Shown piece by piece: positions 33,901-46,975 of a stretch of 64,000 nucleotides of DNA. Position 1 is the first letter of the stretch. The number at the start of each line of letters is the position of its first letter. The notes under the pieces were generated by a model. That model did no database searches. It was not told the origin of the DNA and was given only the letters and a program-made list of their open reading frames with translations. The position numbers and the translations under genes were made by a program. The stretch lies in NCBI GenBank assembly GCA_964187785.1, contig OZ076413.1, positions 49,416,001 to 49,480,000 of the forward strand, written 5' to 3'. The DNA comes from Amphiscolops sp. MND2022. Lineage: Eukaryota.

Positions 33901-34132
33901 AGTAGTAATAGTAGTAGTAGCAGTAGTAGTAGTAGTAGTAGTAGTAGGTGGTGGTGGTGGTGGTGGTGGTGTTGTGGTCGTCGTCGTCGTTGTGTTTGTT
34001 GTTGTGGTTGTGGTTGTTTGTTGGTTGTGGTTTGTTTGTTTGTTTGTTTGTTTGTTTGTTTGTTTGTTTGTTTGTTTGTTTGTTTGTTTGTTTGTTATTT
34101 GCTGTCTGTCGTGTTTTGTTTGTTTGTTTGTT

Positions 34133-34199
<67 letters not shown>

Positions 34200-34245
34200 T
34201 TGTTGTTGTTGCTGCTGTTGTTGTTGTAGCTGCTGTTGTTGTTGA
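33901..34245 (+). repeat. Compound microsatellite (GTA, GGT, GTC, GTTT, GTCT, GTT)
   Basis: Read directly. Confidence 0.97.
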
Positions 34246-34459
34246 TGGTTTTTGTTCTTGGGTTGAGGAGCTTTGCGTGTGATTCCAACATCAGGTGGCC
34301 CTCACCAAATGTGCGCCAGTCGATAGTGTTGCCATGCCCTGGGCGTTTTATCAGAAGCGTCAGGTCCTTGGCAGTCTTGTCATTTCTTCATTTCGGGAAA
34401 AAGATGGAGACTTGCAGTTTGAAAGCCTGATCTGAACCCCCGAAATTGCAACAGCGAGA

Positions 34460-34702
34460 GTTGTGGCAGCAAAACGCACTCTTTGCCAATGGCAGTCTTC
34501 CTTGCAACTCGAAAGGCTGATTTTCCCTGCCAATAGTGTGCCAGACTTCTGGCAACACAGAGAAGGGCTTCTTGTTGCCAGAAGTCTGGCACACTAGTGG
34601 GAGGGAAAATCAGCCTTTCAAGTTGCAAGGAAGACTGTCTATATATATATATATACATACATACATACATATATAGGCAAAGAGTGCGGTTTGCTACCAC
34701 AG
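34460..34702. repeat. Long hairpin/palindromic element with (TA)n(TACA)n inside the right arm
   Basis: Arms 34493-34557 and 34574-34638; pairing resumes (gcactctttgcc/ggcaaagagtgc) past the microsatellite. Confidence 0.75.
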
Positions 34703-34978
34703 TTCTGGTTAATCAGATTTTCGAACATGGGGTGTTGGTGTGGTCGCTTGTATTTTCAACACTTCTGACCTTCAGTAGCGCAGCAGGTCAGGCTTTCGAG
34801 CATGGGTGTTGGTGTGGTCGCCTTGCTTTCATTCAAAATCAAGATATCTTACCTTCAGAACTGTTGGCAGAATACAGCCATGGCGCAGCACAGTGAGACA
34901 GCCCCGGTCTGTGTCGATCCTGAACAGGTTGACTGCTGGAACGTGAGTAGCCACAACTCCCATTCTCCCGATAAAGTT

Positions 34979-35178
34979 NNNNNNNNNNNNNNNNNNNNNN
35001 NNNNNNNNNNNNNNNNNNNNNNNNNNNNNNNNNNNNNNNNNNNNNNNNNNNNNNNNNNNNNNNNNNNNNNNNNNNNNNNNNNNNNNNNNNNNNNNNNNNN
35101 NNNNNNNNNNNNNNNNNNNNNNNNNNNNNNNNNNNNNNNNNNNNNNNNNNNNNNNNNNNNNNNNNNNNNNNNNNNNNN
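34979..35178. other. Assembly gap (200 N)
   Basis: Run of N. Confidence 1.
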
Positions 35179-35654
35179 TAGCTGGGATGGATCAGCACTC
35201 CCATGTGTTTTCAGTGCAGCTGATCTGATCTTGCTTGCTTTCAGACTGTCAAAAATTGCAGCATGACATGGTAGCGTTATTTCATCTGATGTTGAAATGT
35301 ATTTATAGTCCATCTTTCGAAATTGGGATTTATTTTCTTGTAGATGTCGAGAACGGAACTCCCTTCAACTTTCTTGTTCAAGGTGAACAAACATTTTCCA
35401 CGTTCGTTCAGGCATCTCGAAGCGTTTCATGTCTTACCCAATTTAGTATGCTTATGAAACAACTATAGGTGAAATGGAGGAATTTTGAAATTAGTGCAAT
35501 CTTAGACATTGCTCGTTGTAAAGTGGAATCTAGCAAATAAATACTGGTCAGGGATACCATGTGGCGGTTCCAACATGACGGTCGTTCCTCTTCCACTATT
35601 GCACTGATCGCAGAATCAAGTTTTTCACGTTGTCGTTTGAGTGAACGACACACA

Positions 35655-36003
35655 CCCGCGGGGTCACAGAACGGAGCTTTTAAGCAGGGCAAAGCTTACT
35701 TTCGTTCTTATGTAACCCAATACCTCTGCATAAGTGTCTTCACACTTTTCGCCCAGTCTGAATGCAAGCCTGATCATTATCTTAGAGACAGTCGGTGTGG
35801 CTCCATCTGTGGTGGCAAACACGAGCGGGTTAAGGGAGCTGTTTTCGACTTCAACTCTTTGTTGCTCGTCCTTCAATCGCTTTTCAGCTTCATGAAGTTC
35901 ATAGGCTTCTTGATCTTTCTGGGATAAGATTTTGCATGAGGATTGAAAATTTTCACATCAAAGAACGTTTGATTAAATCTCGTTTCCCATAGACCGTTTG
36001 CTA
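35655..36003 (-). pseudogene. C-terminal restriction-like endonuclease fragment of a CRE-like element
   Basis: ANGLWETRFNQTFFDVKIFNP; VENSSLNPLVFATT...YIRTKVSFALLKS. Confidence 0.75.
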
Positions 36004-36049
36004 AGATGACACGACCGAAAACTCTATACAATCAGTATCAGCCGGACTA

Positions 36050-37006
36050 CTGATTGAATGGAACTTTTTCCTCCACGAGCGCACCACTTTGAGGGTTTGT
36101 GAGAAGCTGGGATTAATAGTGCAAAAAGCAATTGAGACGAATATTGGGCAAAAGTGTTTTGAAGAGCTCTCCACCCTTTTCGTCAAGTGGAACACGAGCT
36201 AATTTCAAGACCCATAGGATTAGTCTCAGACGACCCGAAGATGAGGTCATTTTGATTCCTGGCCATCTAATAAGTGGATCAAAAATTGAATCATAAAAGA
36301 TCAAAATTGGAATGTTACTCAACTGAGCAGTCATCCCAGATGTTAGATATGAAACATTGCTAAGCAACTGCTCGGTGGACTCATATCCAAAATGTCATTT
36401 GTCACTTCTGGAACCGTTGGAAAAGAAAGTACGTATCGGCTCTCCAGGAAAACACTAATTGGACAAAAGAGAGCTCCAATTGCATGGTGGGCGATGTTGT
36501 ATATGTCATGGACCACAACGTGGCTTCGTTACAATGGCCCTGGCTCGAGTGTTATTTGTGTATAGTGAGCCAGACAATTTTCGTCGCATTGTAAAGGTCA
36601 GAACATCAACTTGTGAATACAATGGTCCTGTCAACAAACTCAAAAATTCCCCTCTTTGATGTCTCAACCGTCATTTAAAAAACATACCATATTCTAGTTG
36701 AAAATCTGATCACTTTGCTTTCTTGTGTTGATTCAATTGAATCGAGGAAGGCGGTATGTTTGAGCATGTCGTAAAAAGAAACTTTCTTAACAACGAAATT
36801 TCCCGACGAAACCCCAATGCTCTAAATTCGTTCGAAAGTCACTGAAACTAGCAAAAGTAGCAAATATGCAAAATAATTATAAATGATTGATATTTTATCT
36901 GCAGTTATATCTTGTTTATGATACATTTCATCTTCAATTGAATCTGTTTGAGACTTTCTGCCCAAATTATCGCTCCACCAAATAAAATCTGATATGTTTC
37001 ATAACA
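36050..37006 (+). mobile_element. BEL/Pao integrase C-terminal remnant with PPT and probable 3' LTR
   Basis: WNRWKRKYVSALQ..W..VGDVV and VKVRT..PVNKL motifs. Purine tract gaggaagg lies just before TGTT (~36757); candidate end ..ataaca (~37006). Confidence 0.65.
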
Positions 37007-37804
37007 TGTTCCAAAAGATTTCAAGCTTCCTCTTGACGGTGCTTCCCGGTTTTGCTGAATCTTAGCTACAGTTACTCAGCCAAAGGAGCTACTTTCTTAA
37101 AAATTATTTACCCCTCGTTTTCCGAATTCACTAAAACATTCCTTTTCCTAAAGAATTCTTTTATCTGCTTGAAAAGACAAGCTGGACCGCCGAAAGGATA
37201 AAGATTTCAAGTTACACCAGGATTGGCGCGGACACGCACTGTTGTACGGAGAAAGTGTTGCACTTCTTGTAAGAGCAATCGTCAAGATTTCGTATACCCA
37301 GAAACTATTCACTAAGATTGTCACAACAATTAGGCTTCACATATGTTTTGGAATTCCGCTATTGACTTCTTTCGACGCTTTGAATACTTTGAAAGTTTTT
37401 GACGCAAAGCATAGTCTCCGCAGTGTGTGTACTGATTTGTATTAGGCTTCACGTACGACGATCAACGAGCTGGCAGCTTTTTGAAACAACGGATCTCAAA
37501 GGCTCTCCAGATCGGCAATGCGGCCTGTGTTCTAGGAACCGTGAGCGACAGAGGTGCGTTTGAAGAACTTTTTCACATATACTTTTTTTTGTAAACCTGT
37601 ATATCATTGCAGCTTTTTTTGAAAAATGTTTCGCCGACATCTAATCAAGTCAAAAAATTTTTATCGAATAGACTCAGGTCGATATTGGTCGACAAGGAAA
37701 TAGGTCCAAATTGAAGGGAGATAGTTTTTCTGTCGACATAGGTAGGTCGAATATGTAAAGTTTTGGGAAAATGATTGGAAAAAATGGGGGGTCATATACA
37801 TATA

Positions 37805-38431
37805 CGGTGCATGCACGCTCGTCCTCACCGTCGCAAAGACCAGCTCCAACTACGATCGCTTCGCGATGTCCGTTCCCGGTAGGTCTTTGCTCCTGTTCGA
37901 CCTCGCTTAGAAAGATGAGAATATAAACAGCCCCAAGGGGCTGCGGGGCACTAGAGGAAATGGAGACATATGGTGCCTTGGGGCCGCTTATGTTCCATCT
38001 TGCTAAGCGAGGTCGAACAGGAGCAAGGACCTATCGGGAACGGAGATCGCGAAGCGGGTAGCTGTAAATAGGTCGAATTTTTCTGGTCGAAAGGACAGAG
38101 GTCGAACCTTTTGATCGAATTGCAGGTTTCGAAAGGAACGCGATCAAATTTTATCGTATTTGTTGTATGGCTCGGTCGCTTCGCTCCCTTCGCCAAGTAG
38201 CAACATTGAGGCATGGCCATATGGCACGTCGCTTCGCTTCGCTCATGCATTCAGGGCACTAGGGGTATGTGGACATATCTGACTACGTTATAAAAATTTC
38301 GATCCGAGTTGTTTCGATTCCATTCAAAAATTTGGTATGTCGACCTGAGGACTAACTCTTGATTTTCGATCCCGTTCCTTCGACCTACTTCCGCCAACCC
38401 TGCGACGGTGAGGGCGAGCGTGCATATACAG
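37805..38431. mobile_element. TA-flanked MITE with an internal ~90-bp-arm hairpin
   Basis: TIRs tgcacgctcgtcctcaccgtcgca / tgcgacggtgagggcgagcgtgca; inner arms ~37857-37938 and ~37977-38060. Confidence 0.7.
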
Positions 38432-38636
38432 TAGATGCCCCACATTGGGTAACTCCGTCTTCGTTAATGAGAAACCGTATCTTGTGAGGGACAAGGCGTT
38501 GAGCCAGCTGGATGCCCCTTTCTCCGACGCCAGTTGCAGGGCGTACAGCTGATCTTCCGTGGCGCCTTGTTTATTTGCTTTGCACCACCTCGTCGAGCGA
38601 GACGTGTTGTTGTTGGCTTCAGCACAAGTAAGAAAT

Positions 38637-38807
38637 TTACTTGGCCTAGCTCTGAGAAGAAGATTGCTTTTTGGGCAAGAGCACTACTTGAATGTTGATG
38701 TTGGGCAGCACACCACCTTGAGCAATGGTGACACCTTGCAGCAACTTGTTCAACTCTTCGTCATTTCTGATGGCCAACTGCAAGTGTCGGGGGATGATTC
38801 TCCTCTG
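38637..38807 (-). pseudogene. H2A: Histone H2A C-terminal fragment
   Basis: [45 protein letters not shown], with a 6-nt duplication (NINI) and no 5' half. Confidence 0.93.
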
Positions 38808-39101
38808 GTTATTATAGGTGAAATGATAAATTTGAAGAAATTAGGTTGACAGTTTGACACCTGAGAAAATTTACCGATGACCCCCCCCTCTTCATCATGG
38901 GCAAATGCGTCATAACGTTATTCGGCCTCGTCTTTGTCTCTCAAAAATACTAACTTCTTTTGAAGGTTTCAGTTTAAATTTCACAATAAAGCTAATTCTT
39001 CATGACTTGAGGGTTTTTCCTTTGGATTTGTTCGTCTTTGATTTGGATTCGTTAGCCTAATTGTTGTGATAAACTTATTAAATAGTTTCATATTCAATGT
39101 A

Positions 39102-39984
39102 ATGAAGCCCAAGATGAGACCAAGGTGTGGTTCTAAATCTACAATCAAATGTGGTTGCTGCAAGAAGTTGATTAAAGACGACGATATGAATTGTATTGGG
39201 TGTTCCCGTTGTGCATCCTGGGTTCATGGCTCCTGTGCTGGACTAAGCTCTGATGAAATTGTCTGGATGGGGGAGAAGCCCAACATCCAATGGAACTGTG
39301 ACGTGTGCCTTCCCACTGCCAATGAAGAAGCCGTCTCTTCTCTTACTGAAGCTAAGTTGAATTCAATTTTGTCCGATTTTCAAGTCACTATTAAAAATTC
39401 AGTATCTGAAATTGTACCTGGCCTTATTAAAAATGCCTTACCTGACATGAATGAAAACGTCAAAGAGGCTGTTACCAGCTCTCTTCCCTCTTATCGAGAT
39501 ATTGTTTTGAATGCCTAGAAACCTCCCTCTGAACCTCAGTTTATCATTACTGGGATTCCTGAAAAAGAAGAAAAATACTTTAAACAAGTTGAAGAAGACA
39601 CTAAAATGGTTGATGATATTATTCAGCACATGGGTTTGTGCACTGAAGGCAATATAAATGCTATTCGCCGACTGGGAAAGATTTCTAAAACAAAGGAGTC
39701 CGATAAGGGAGAGAATTCTAGTTCACGCTGTCGTCCAATACTTGTTACTGCAACGAATCCTCTCTTCATGAACCACTGTTTTGCTCGCAGTCACCATCTC
39801 CAAACATTCGACTATCGTGTCTACATCAAACAACTTTTATCCTCTGCTGATCGCCAACGTGAAAAGAACATTCTATCCAAAAGATATCATATGATCCACG
39901 CAGAAAATAAAGACAAGAAAGATTTCCGTATACGAAACCTAAAACTATTATCAAAACAAAGAAGTTGAAATTGAATCTACTTGA
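39102..39984 (+). pseudogene. LINE ORF1 (PHD finger), with in-frame TAG at 39516 and a probable small indel near 39945
   Basis: C4HC3 PHD pattern; the 39066 and 39606 ORFs share a frame. Confidence 0.85.
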
Positions 39985-42829
39985 CTAGACTCTCTGAGAT
40001 GTATGCTGGTGAATTGTCAATCAATATGTCCAATGGAAAAGCGTATGACTTTAGTCCATCTGTGCAATTCTAACTCTGTTGCTTTGGTTTTTCTTACGGA
40101 AACATGGTTTCATGATGAAATTACTGACTCAGAAGTTTTCATTGGTTCCTCTTATCGTACTATTGCGCGCACTGATAGAAGTCGCGGTGAACATGGTGGC
40201 TTACTAATTGCCCATTCGTCCAACATTCCAATTCGTGCAATTGATATTACTATTGAGGAATTCGGTTTCGCCATTGCTTGTGTAATTCTCAGTGATGTTC
40301 CCTCGTTCTTTATATTGGTATACAATCCTCCCTACTACTCTTCTAAATATTCTGTGGTTATTTCAGAATTAGTCCGATATATGGAAGCCTATTACAAAAA
40401 GTTTGTTGATATTTTGCTGCAATTCGGCTACACTGGTACCCATAATGTCTACATTCTTGGTGATTTCAACTTCCCAAATGTCGACTGGAAATCCTATTCT
40501 TCTACTTCTTCAATGGAACGTTATTTCCTTGACTTTATTCTTGAAAAAGACCTAGTTCAGATGGTTCATGAGCCTACACATAAAAATCAAAACATTCTTG
40601 ACCTTGTGTTCTGTGATAGTCAATGTTTAGCCCTGTCAATTAGCCCTGTTCTATTTTCTGATCACTATCCTATATACTTTGATTTCGCTTCCTCTGTGTC
40701 TTCAAACTCCTACAAGAATGTTTTTTCCAGATCATCCTTCAAAGTGATTTCATTCAATGGTTGTTTACAACCTTTATTCAATCTGATCAGTTTCGACAAT
40801 ATCCCAAACAGTCAATATCCCGAAGAGTGGTATTTGATTCTATCTTCATCGCTAAACAGCTCCATTGCAACTAAACGTGCTAAACGACTATCACTGCCGT
40901 TATACTATTCTTCTCACACTATTCATCTTCTAAATACCAGAGACACAACTCTTCGCAAATTGTCAAAGTACAGTTCTTTCCTGCAAGCTACCAAACTCAA
41001 AGAAATTACAATAGCTATTTCTGATTCTATTGAACTAGACAAACAATTGTTCGTAAATCAGTTTGATCTTTCATCTAGGCTGTGTTTCAAGTTGTTACGC
41101 AACCTTGGATTTGGCAAGACACTTCCCTCAGTAATGTTTCACAAAACCAAAGCTCTGAATAGCGATCATGAAAAATCTTCAGAGTTCAATTCTTATTTTG
41201 CGTCTGTATTCAATGAGAAAGAAGATCATCAGTTTCCTGAGACCTTTGATAACCCCTCGATTAAACTAGATGACTTCCAACTGTCTGTTTCCGATGTTGA
41301 AGATCTGTTGAGAAAATGCCCTGATTCCAGTGCATGTGGTGCTGACAATATTCCATCATTTGTTCTAAGTAGCTGTTCTGATTTCCTCGCCCCTCTTGCT
41401 TTTGATTTATTTAATTGGATTATACGGAACCGTACCTGGCCATCTCAATGGAAAACTTCACTTGTCACTCCTCTTCATAAGTCTGGAAATCATTCGGACA
41501 TTACCAACTACAGACCAATTAGTATTCTGCCTAAGCTGTCGCTTGTCCTTGAGAGATTATTGTTTAATTTTATTTACCCTAGAATTAGTCGAATGATTAA
41601 ACGTGAACAACATGGTTTCATGAAATCTAGAAGCACTGTTTCTCAAATGTTCAGCTACCTGGACAGTGTTTATGCTTCTTGTGATTGTGATTCTTATGCC
41701 GTTGCTGTTTATTTTGATGTCACAAAGGCCTTTGATTCTGTTTCTCACCATTTGTTGTTGTCAAAACTTGAAAAATTTTCTTTCGACCGCAATTTTCTAG
41801 AATTATTCAACTCTTATCTATTTGGGCGCTACCAGAGTGTGCGCATAAATCAATCTATTTCGTCGGCCCTACCTGTTACATCAGGTGTGCCCCAGGGCAG
41901 TGTGTTGGGTCCGTTACTATTTTTATGTTTTATAAATGATATTGGTGATGGCATACAAGACAGCCAATTCCGACTCTTTGCCGATGATCTTAAGGTCTTC
42001 AATAACTTCAATGCACAATCAGTTCAAGCCGACATTAATAGTCTTTCTGAATGGAGCGAATTGAACAATCTTGACTTTCACCCTAAAAAGTGTAAAGTTA
42101 TCGATTTTAGTCGCAAAAACAAATCCGACCAATTGATGCTTGGTTGCAATCCTCTTCCCTTTGTCGAAGAAATGGATGACCTTGGTTTCATTATCTCTAA
42201 CCACTTATCATGGAAACGACATGTTGATTCTAAGCTCCTAAAATCAAAAAGAGTTTTCTTTTTTCTAAAGAGAAACTTTCCATTTTCTACATCTTCTAAA
42301 AGGAAAAAGTTACTGTATTCATCCCTTATTATTCCTATTTTACTGTATGGCTCACCTGTATGGTGTCCAACTAGAACCCAGCTTCGTCAACTTGAAAATT
42401 TTCAATACAAAGTAATACGTTGGATCAATAAAACTTCTCTTGTTTCAGCACTGATACATCTTGACATCCTTCCAATATGCTACCAAATTGTGAAAAACGA
42501 CGTTATTCTGTTATGGAAGTTGTGTAACAATTCGTGTGGACCTAGACAACAATATCATGAGATCCAACCTATGCACACGCTCGTCATCGAATGGCCTGTT
42601 CTACATTCCAAAATGCAACAAGTTTTCCACAAATGACAATTTCTATATTAGAGCGGCGCGTTCAGCAAATGAACTGATAAATTTGAAAATTGTGTCTTTT
42701 GATATGCCTCTTGATTTTTTCAAGTCTTGTATAAATCGGTTCCTTGCTGATAAAACTGCAAATTGTTTCAACATTGATCACTCATGCAGTTTCCACCTGA
42801 AATGCCTATGTACTTTTTGTAGATCATAA
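39985..42829 (+). pseudogene. LINE ORF2 (APE endonuclease + RT), frameshifted near 42535
   Basis: LTETW, GDFN, SDH, YRPISIL, GVPQGSVLGP, FADDLK. The C-terminus continues in another frame to 42829. Confidence 0.92.
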
Positions 42830-43554
42830 CTCATTACATTTTGATGTCGTATCACCCTTTAAAAAGGAATTGAGTCTTTTACTACTACTACTACTACTTT
42901 GACATTTTGAGAATTTTTTTAGAACTTCATCTGCCATATTTCAGAATTTCAATGCTAGCAGATTTCTTTTACCTGGCGACCAGGCGCCGACTGTCGGCGA
43001 TGACAGAAGTTGAGCGCAAACTCTATTCACAAGGTTAGTAGCTAAGGATTTCGACTAAATAACATTTCCAACTACTTAAGTTATTAAATAACGTTAAATT
43101 CGACACTTGTTGTTGCACCGAATGACACTTCGGTCGAATGTTGAAGTAATTGGGTGTTAAAATACTTTAGTTGTGGTTATAAATCTTTATTACGTTATCA
43201 AACTCGATTATCTTTGTTCAATATAGCTTCCATTTGTGCTTTTTGGAAATACCCTGCAACAAGCGCGGGCAATGACTGACTGATTCGATTGTTGAATTTC
43301 TGCTGCTTGGGCAGTTGCTCTAATAACGGTACTATAGCTAGATAGCAAGACTTTCGAAGAGGTTGACTTTATTTTATGACGTTCTCTCAAAAACCAACGT
43401 TACAAAACTCAGCGGTAAAATAATTCATGAGCACATTTGAGAAGTGAAAATTGAAAAATTCACATGAATAAATCTCAACATCGGTTTTCAAATCGATTTT
43501 GGCGGCCCGAAAAAGGTTTATCCTTTGGGAAAAGCTTTTCCGAAGGGTTATAAG

Positions 43555-45373
43555 CAGGGCCTGGCAATTAAAAATTGGAAAATAATTGGGGACAAAAAAT
43601 GTTTCAATTAATAATTGATGAAAATACGTGCCGATCAATACATGTATTTGATACCAATAATTGAGTCACATGAAACAGTAAAAAATGAAAACAAAAATCA
43701 ATCGGAAAAAAACAATTACGAAACGATATCAATCAGAAAGAACAGAATTGACCGTTTTAACGGTCCAGTACTTTTTGTTCGCCCGAAGAAACAGGTGTTC
43801 CTAATGTTCGGGGGTTATATTCTGTCTCAAATCATTCAGAGCAGCCTGCAGCACTGAAAAACCTCTCCAAAATATTGGATGTCGGATGATTGGTTACCTT
43901 TAATATTAATCTTGCACAGCCAATGCGAAGCGGTGAGACGCACAACCGATCAGTGGCTTCATTAGGACTTCGCAAATGGCGTTATCAGCCACCACAGCTA
44001 CAACATTAGCAGGCGTTCTGTCAAAGATTTCGAGAACTGTTTCTAAAAAGGTCACATGCTCAGTCGCATTCAGGACGGTTTCATCCATCAGAAGCGAAAA
44101 AGACAGTAAAACTGAATTTGGTTCAGAGTTCTCCATGAAAGAAGCAACAAGCCGGGACCGGCCCAAGTCGGCGCCATGTCCAAGGCTCAAAAATAGCAAA
44201 AAGACTTCCAAGTGTCAAGTATTCTCTTTTACAGTACTCGAGAATCGAAAATTTTTCGAAAAAATTACATACTCAAAAAAATGGACCGAGTGGCGCGCTG
44301 AAAGGGGGACACCTCCGAAATTGTCAACATTTTTGTCGCAGTTGAGGGGGTTTTGTCGCAAAACAAAAAAATTGAAGGGGAAAATTTTTATTTTTGAAAA
44401 AAAAATCTCACAGTGCCGAAAAAAACTGAAAGGGGGGACCCTTTGGGATTTTGCAACATCCATTCTGTCGCAAAACAGCAAAAAAATTGAAGGGGGGACC
44501 CTTTGAGGAAAAAATATTTTCCGGAAAAAAAGTCTCGCAGTGCCGAAAAAAATTGGAAGGGGGGACCTTTTGGTCTCGCCGGGTATGGTATGTTACGCGG
44601 AAAAACAGGAAAAATCTTTCTGGTTCAGTTCGCTAGACCAAATAGTGCAATTTGGTGCAATAATATTTTGTAGAACTATTTTGGTCAGTTCGTGTGGATT
44701 GAAAAAAGCCACTATAATAGTCGCGTTTCACTTCAAGAAGCGCCGACTAAAAACTGCCAAAAAATGAGTGCTATGATGAATCCAACCATCTAATAGGAGT
44801 GCAAATCGGTCGGGCAAACTCTTGGTGATAGCCTTCTCGACTTCTAATGTCGTCAAGTGCATGTATTTCATCAAAGTTTTCCGACAAATTGGTTGCAAGT
44901 TGGTATATTTTCTTTTAAGATCACTCTCGACGAACTCGAATGGCTTGAGTTCCATACACACCCAATCCAACCAACCATGCAAATTTTGAGCTTTTTTGCT
45001 TACGATGCCATAGATTGGGTGACTCAATGTTGGCTGATCAGGTAGATTATTTTACAACTGTTTCACTTTTCTGCTGATGTTGCACTTTCATATGAGCATA
45101 CAAATTGCTCCAACATGTACCTTTTCGCTGCTTCAATTTTCGGCCACATTTGTAAAGCCAAGTATCACGTTCATTTTCGAGTAATTTGAAGAATGTTTTA
45201 CAGATCTCAGCTTGATTTTTCGACATGCTGACCTGAAATATACTGAATAACAATTATTGCAATTATTGAAAGCACGCGATCAATTTTTGATAATTGAAAA
45301 GAATAGTAATTAAATAATTGTTTATCAATTATTGCAATTAATTGGAATATCAATTTTTAATTGCCAGCCCCTG
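43555..45373 (-). mobile_element. Internally deleted hAT transposon with transposase remnants
   Basis: Perfect 8-bp TSD gttataag; cagggcctggcaattaaaaattg-type TIRs; BED-like finger, LLLDGW, VADN, GCASHRF. Confidence 0.92.
44146..44753 (-). mobile_element. Helentron/DINE-1-like non-autonomous element inserted in the hAT transposase
   Basis: Sub-TIRs agtcggcgc/gcgccgact; 3' hairpin gccgg-tc-ccggc then ttgtt; inserted in a T run. Removal restores HFLAVF-ASFME. Confidence 0.75.
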
Positions 45374-46155
45374 GTTATAAGATGTAAGTTTTTTTCTCGG
45401 CATTAATTTTTTTCAAATTTTTCAGGCTTTCAACCAAACAGGACCAGTTTGCTTTGAATAATTTGAATGGAGCCAATTTTTGAGTTTTGCTTCGATTGTC
45501 GAATTGATGGTCTAAAAAGACAAAAAAATGAATAAATGTTAAATTCTAACTTTTAAGAGCATTTTGACAATGCTTCAAATGACATTTTGACAAAGTTTAC
45601 TCCATTTCTTTGGTGTATTCGAAAATTGAATTTCACATTGGCTCGAGTGGAGCAGTTTTTTAAAATTTCATTTATTTTCGGCAATTACTTTATCACGAAA
45701 TATATCACATTAAATATTGACGATAGTTTTTCAACTTGATCAACTCATTTCCTTTCGAGTAGAGCTTAAATAAAATGTGAAACCGGCAGTCGCCTTTTTC
45801 TGACCGCAATGTTTGACACACTACTAGAAAGCGGGCGAACTCATTGACCGGAAAATGCTGAAATGACATGTGATTCATCGTATTCTGATTCATTTTACAC
45901 TCTATTTCCTTGGTATTGGGTTCATGCAAAAGCTATTTATAATGTCAGATATGTTCAAGGTGAGCGAGCCAGATTTTCACTTTTTTTAAAAAATTACTGC
46001 TCAATTCATTTGAGGTTGAATCAAACTTTTTTGATTGATAAGTAAATTCAATCCCATCAGGCAGTTTTACTCACTTTTGGTTTAATCATTAAATTCCCCA
46101 GGAACTGTTTTAAGTAATTGTTAGAAAATGGGTTTTGTGGTGTCATAACATTAGT

Positions 46156-46320
46156 CATGTACATTTACCAAAATTTCAAAGTACTAGGCAGCCCAGCAGA
46201 TGTGGACCAATAGAAGACGGCAGCCAATCACAAAGCAACACCCCCTGCATTGGCTGCGGTCTTTCATTGGTCCACGTCTGTTGGGCTGCCTAGTACTTGG
46301 AAATTTCGATAAATGTCATG
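46156..46320. mobile_element. Small palindromic MITE (~65-70-bp arms)
   Basis: aagtactaggcagcccagcaga...tctgttgggctgcctagtactt. Confidence 0.8.
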
Positions 46321-46542
46321 AAATGTGGAAAGTAGGTGAATAGTAAGGTTTCAATTGAAATTGAGTTTCTCTGGCAGAAGCCATCTGGCTTGGAACGCAT
46401 CGACACTTGGATTTACTCATGGCGAGTTGAAAGGAAATCTCGAGGTAGGAAACGCTGAAAAACTTTTTTAGACAATTCAATTTGTAATTGTTCGATTGTC
46501 AACAGAATAATAACATTTCAGACTTAACTTAATTTTTCTAGA

Positions 46543-46975
46543 TTTTTAGTCGGCGCTTTTTTAAAGACCAACGAAGTGACATATTTTATAAGCTTTATAA
46601 GCAGGCTTCCTTTAACTGCCACACTAATGTAAGTTGTGCATAGAGGTTAATTAGGATTTTTTGAGGTCTGCCAAACAGAAGAACTTGGGTTCGAGTCTCG
46701 CCCTTGACCAATTTTTTTTTGTGCATGTTATTTCGGCTTTGTGAGCTTTTTTACAAATTTAATGTCTCTAAAGGGTCCCCCTTCAATTTTTATATTTTGC
46801 AACAGTCCCCTTTTTACATTTTTTGGCACTATGCTACATACCGGAAACTTCAAAAAATGTCGGTATTTTTTTTCCTCATTCGGGTACTGTAGAAGAGAGT
46901 ACTCGACACTTTGAAGTCCTTTTGCTATTTTTGAGCCTTAGATATGGCGCCGACTTGGGCCGTTCCCGGCTTGTT
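46543..46975 (+). mobile_element. Second Helentron/DINE-1-like copy
   Basis: Same termini: tttttagtcggcgc ... ggcgccgacttgggccgttcccggcttgtt. Diverged relatives lie near 47383-47700 and 21400-21895. Confidence 0.75.

Larger units (their letters stand above)
38920..42898 (+). mobile_element. Near full-length L2/CR1-group LINE with (CTA)n tail
   Basis: PHD-finger ORF1, APE-RT ORF2, short 3' UTR and tactactac tail at ~42880-42898. The 5' end is approximate. Confidence 0.9.

Noticed and set aside
32556..34291. Several 70-180 aa ORFs
   Set aside because: Low-complexity translations of mini- and microsatellites.
34802..35313. ORFs spanning X runs
   Set aside because: Artefacts of the 200-N gap.
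38515..38550. Possible histone H3-like YALQLASE peptide
   Set aside because: Too short, with no flanking similarity.
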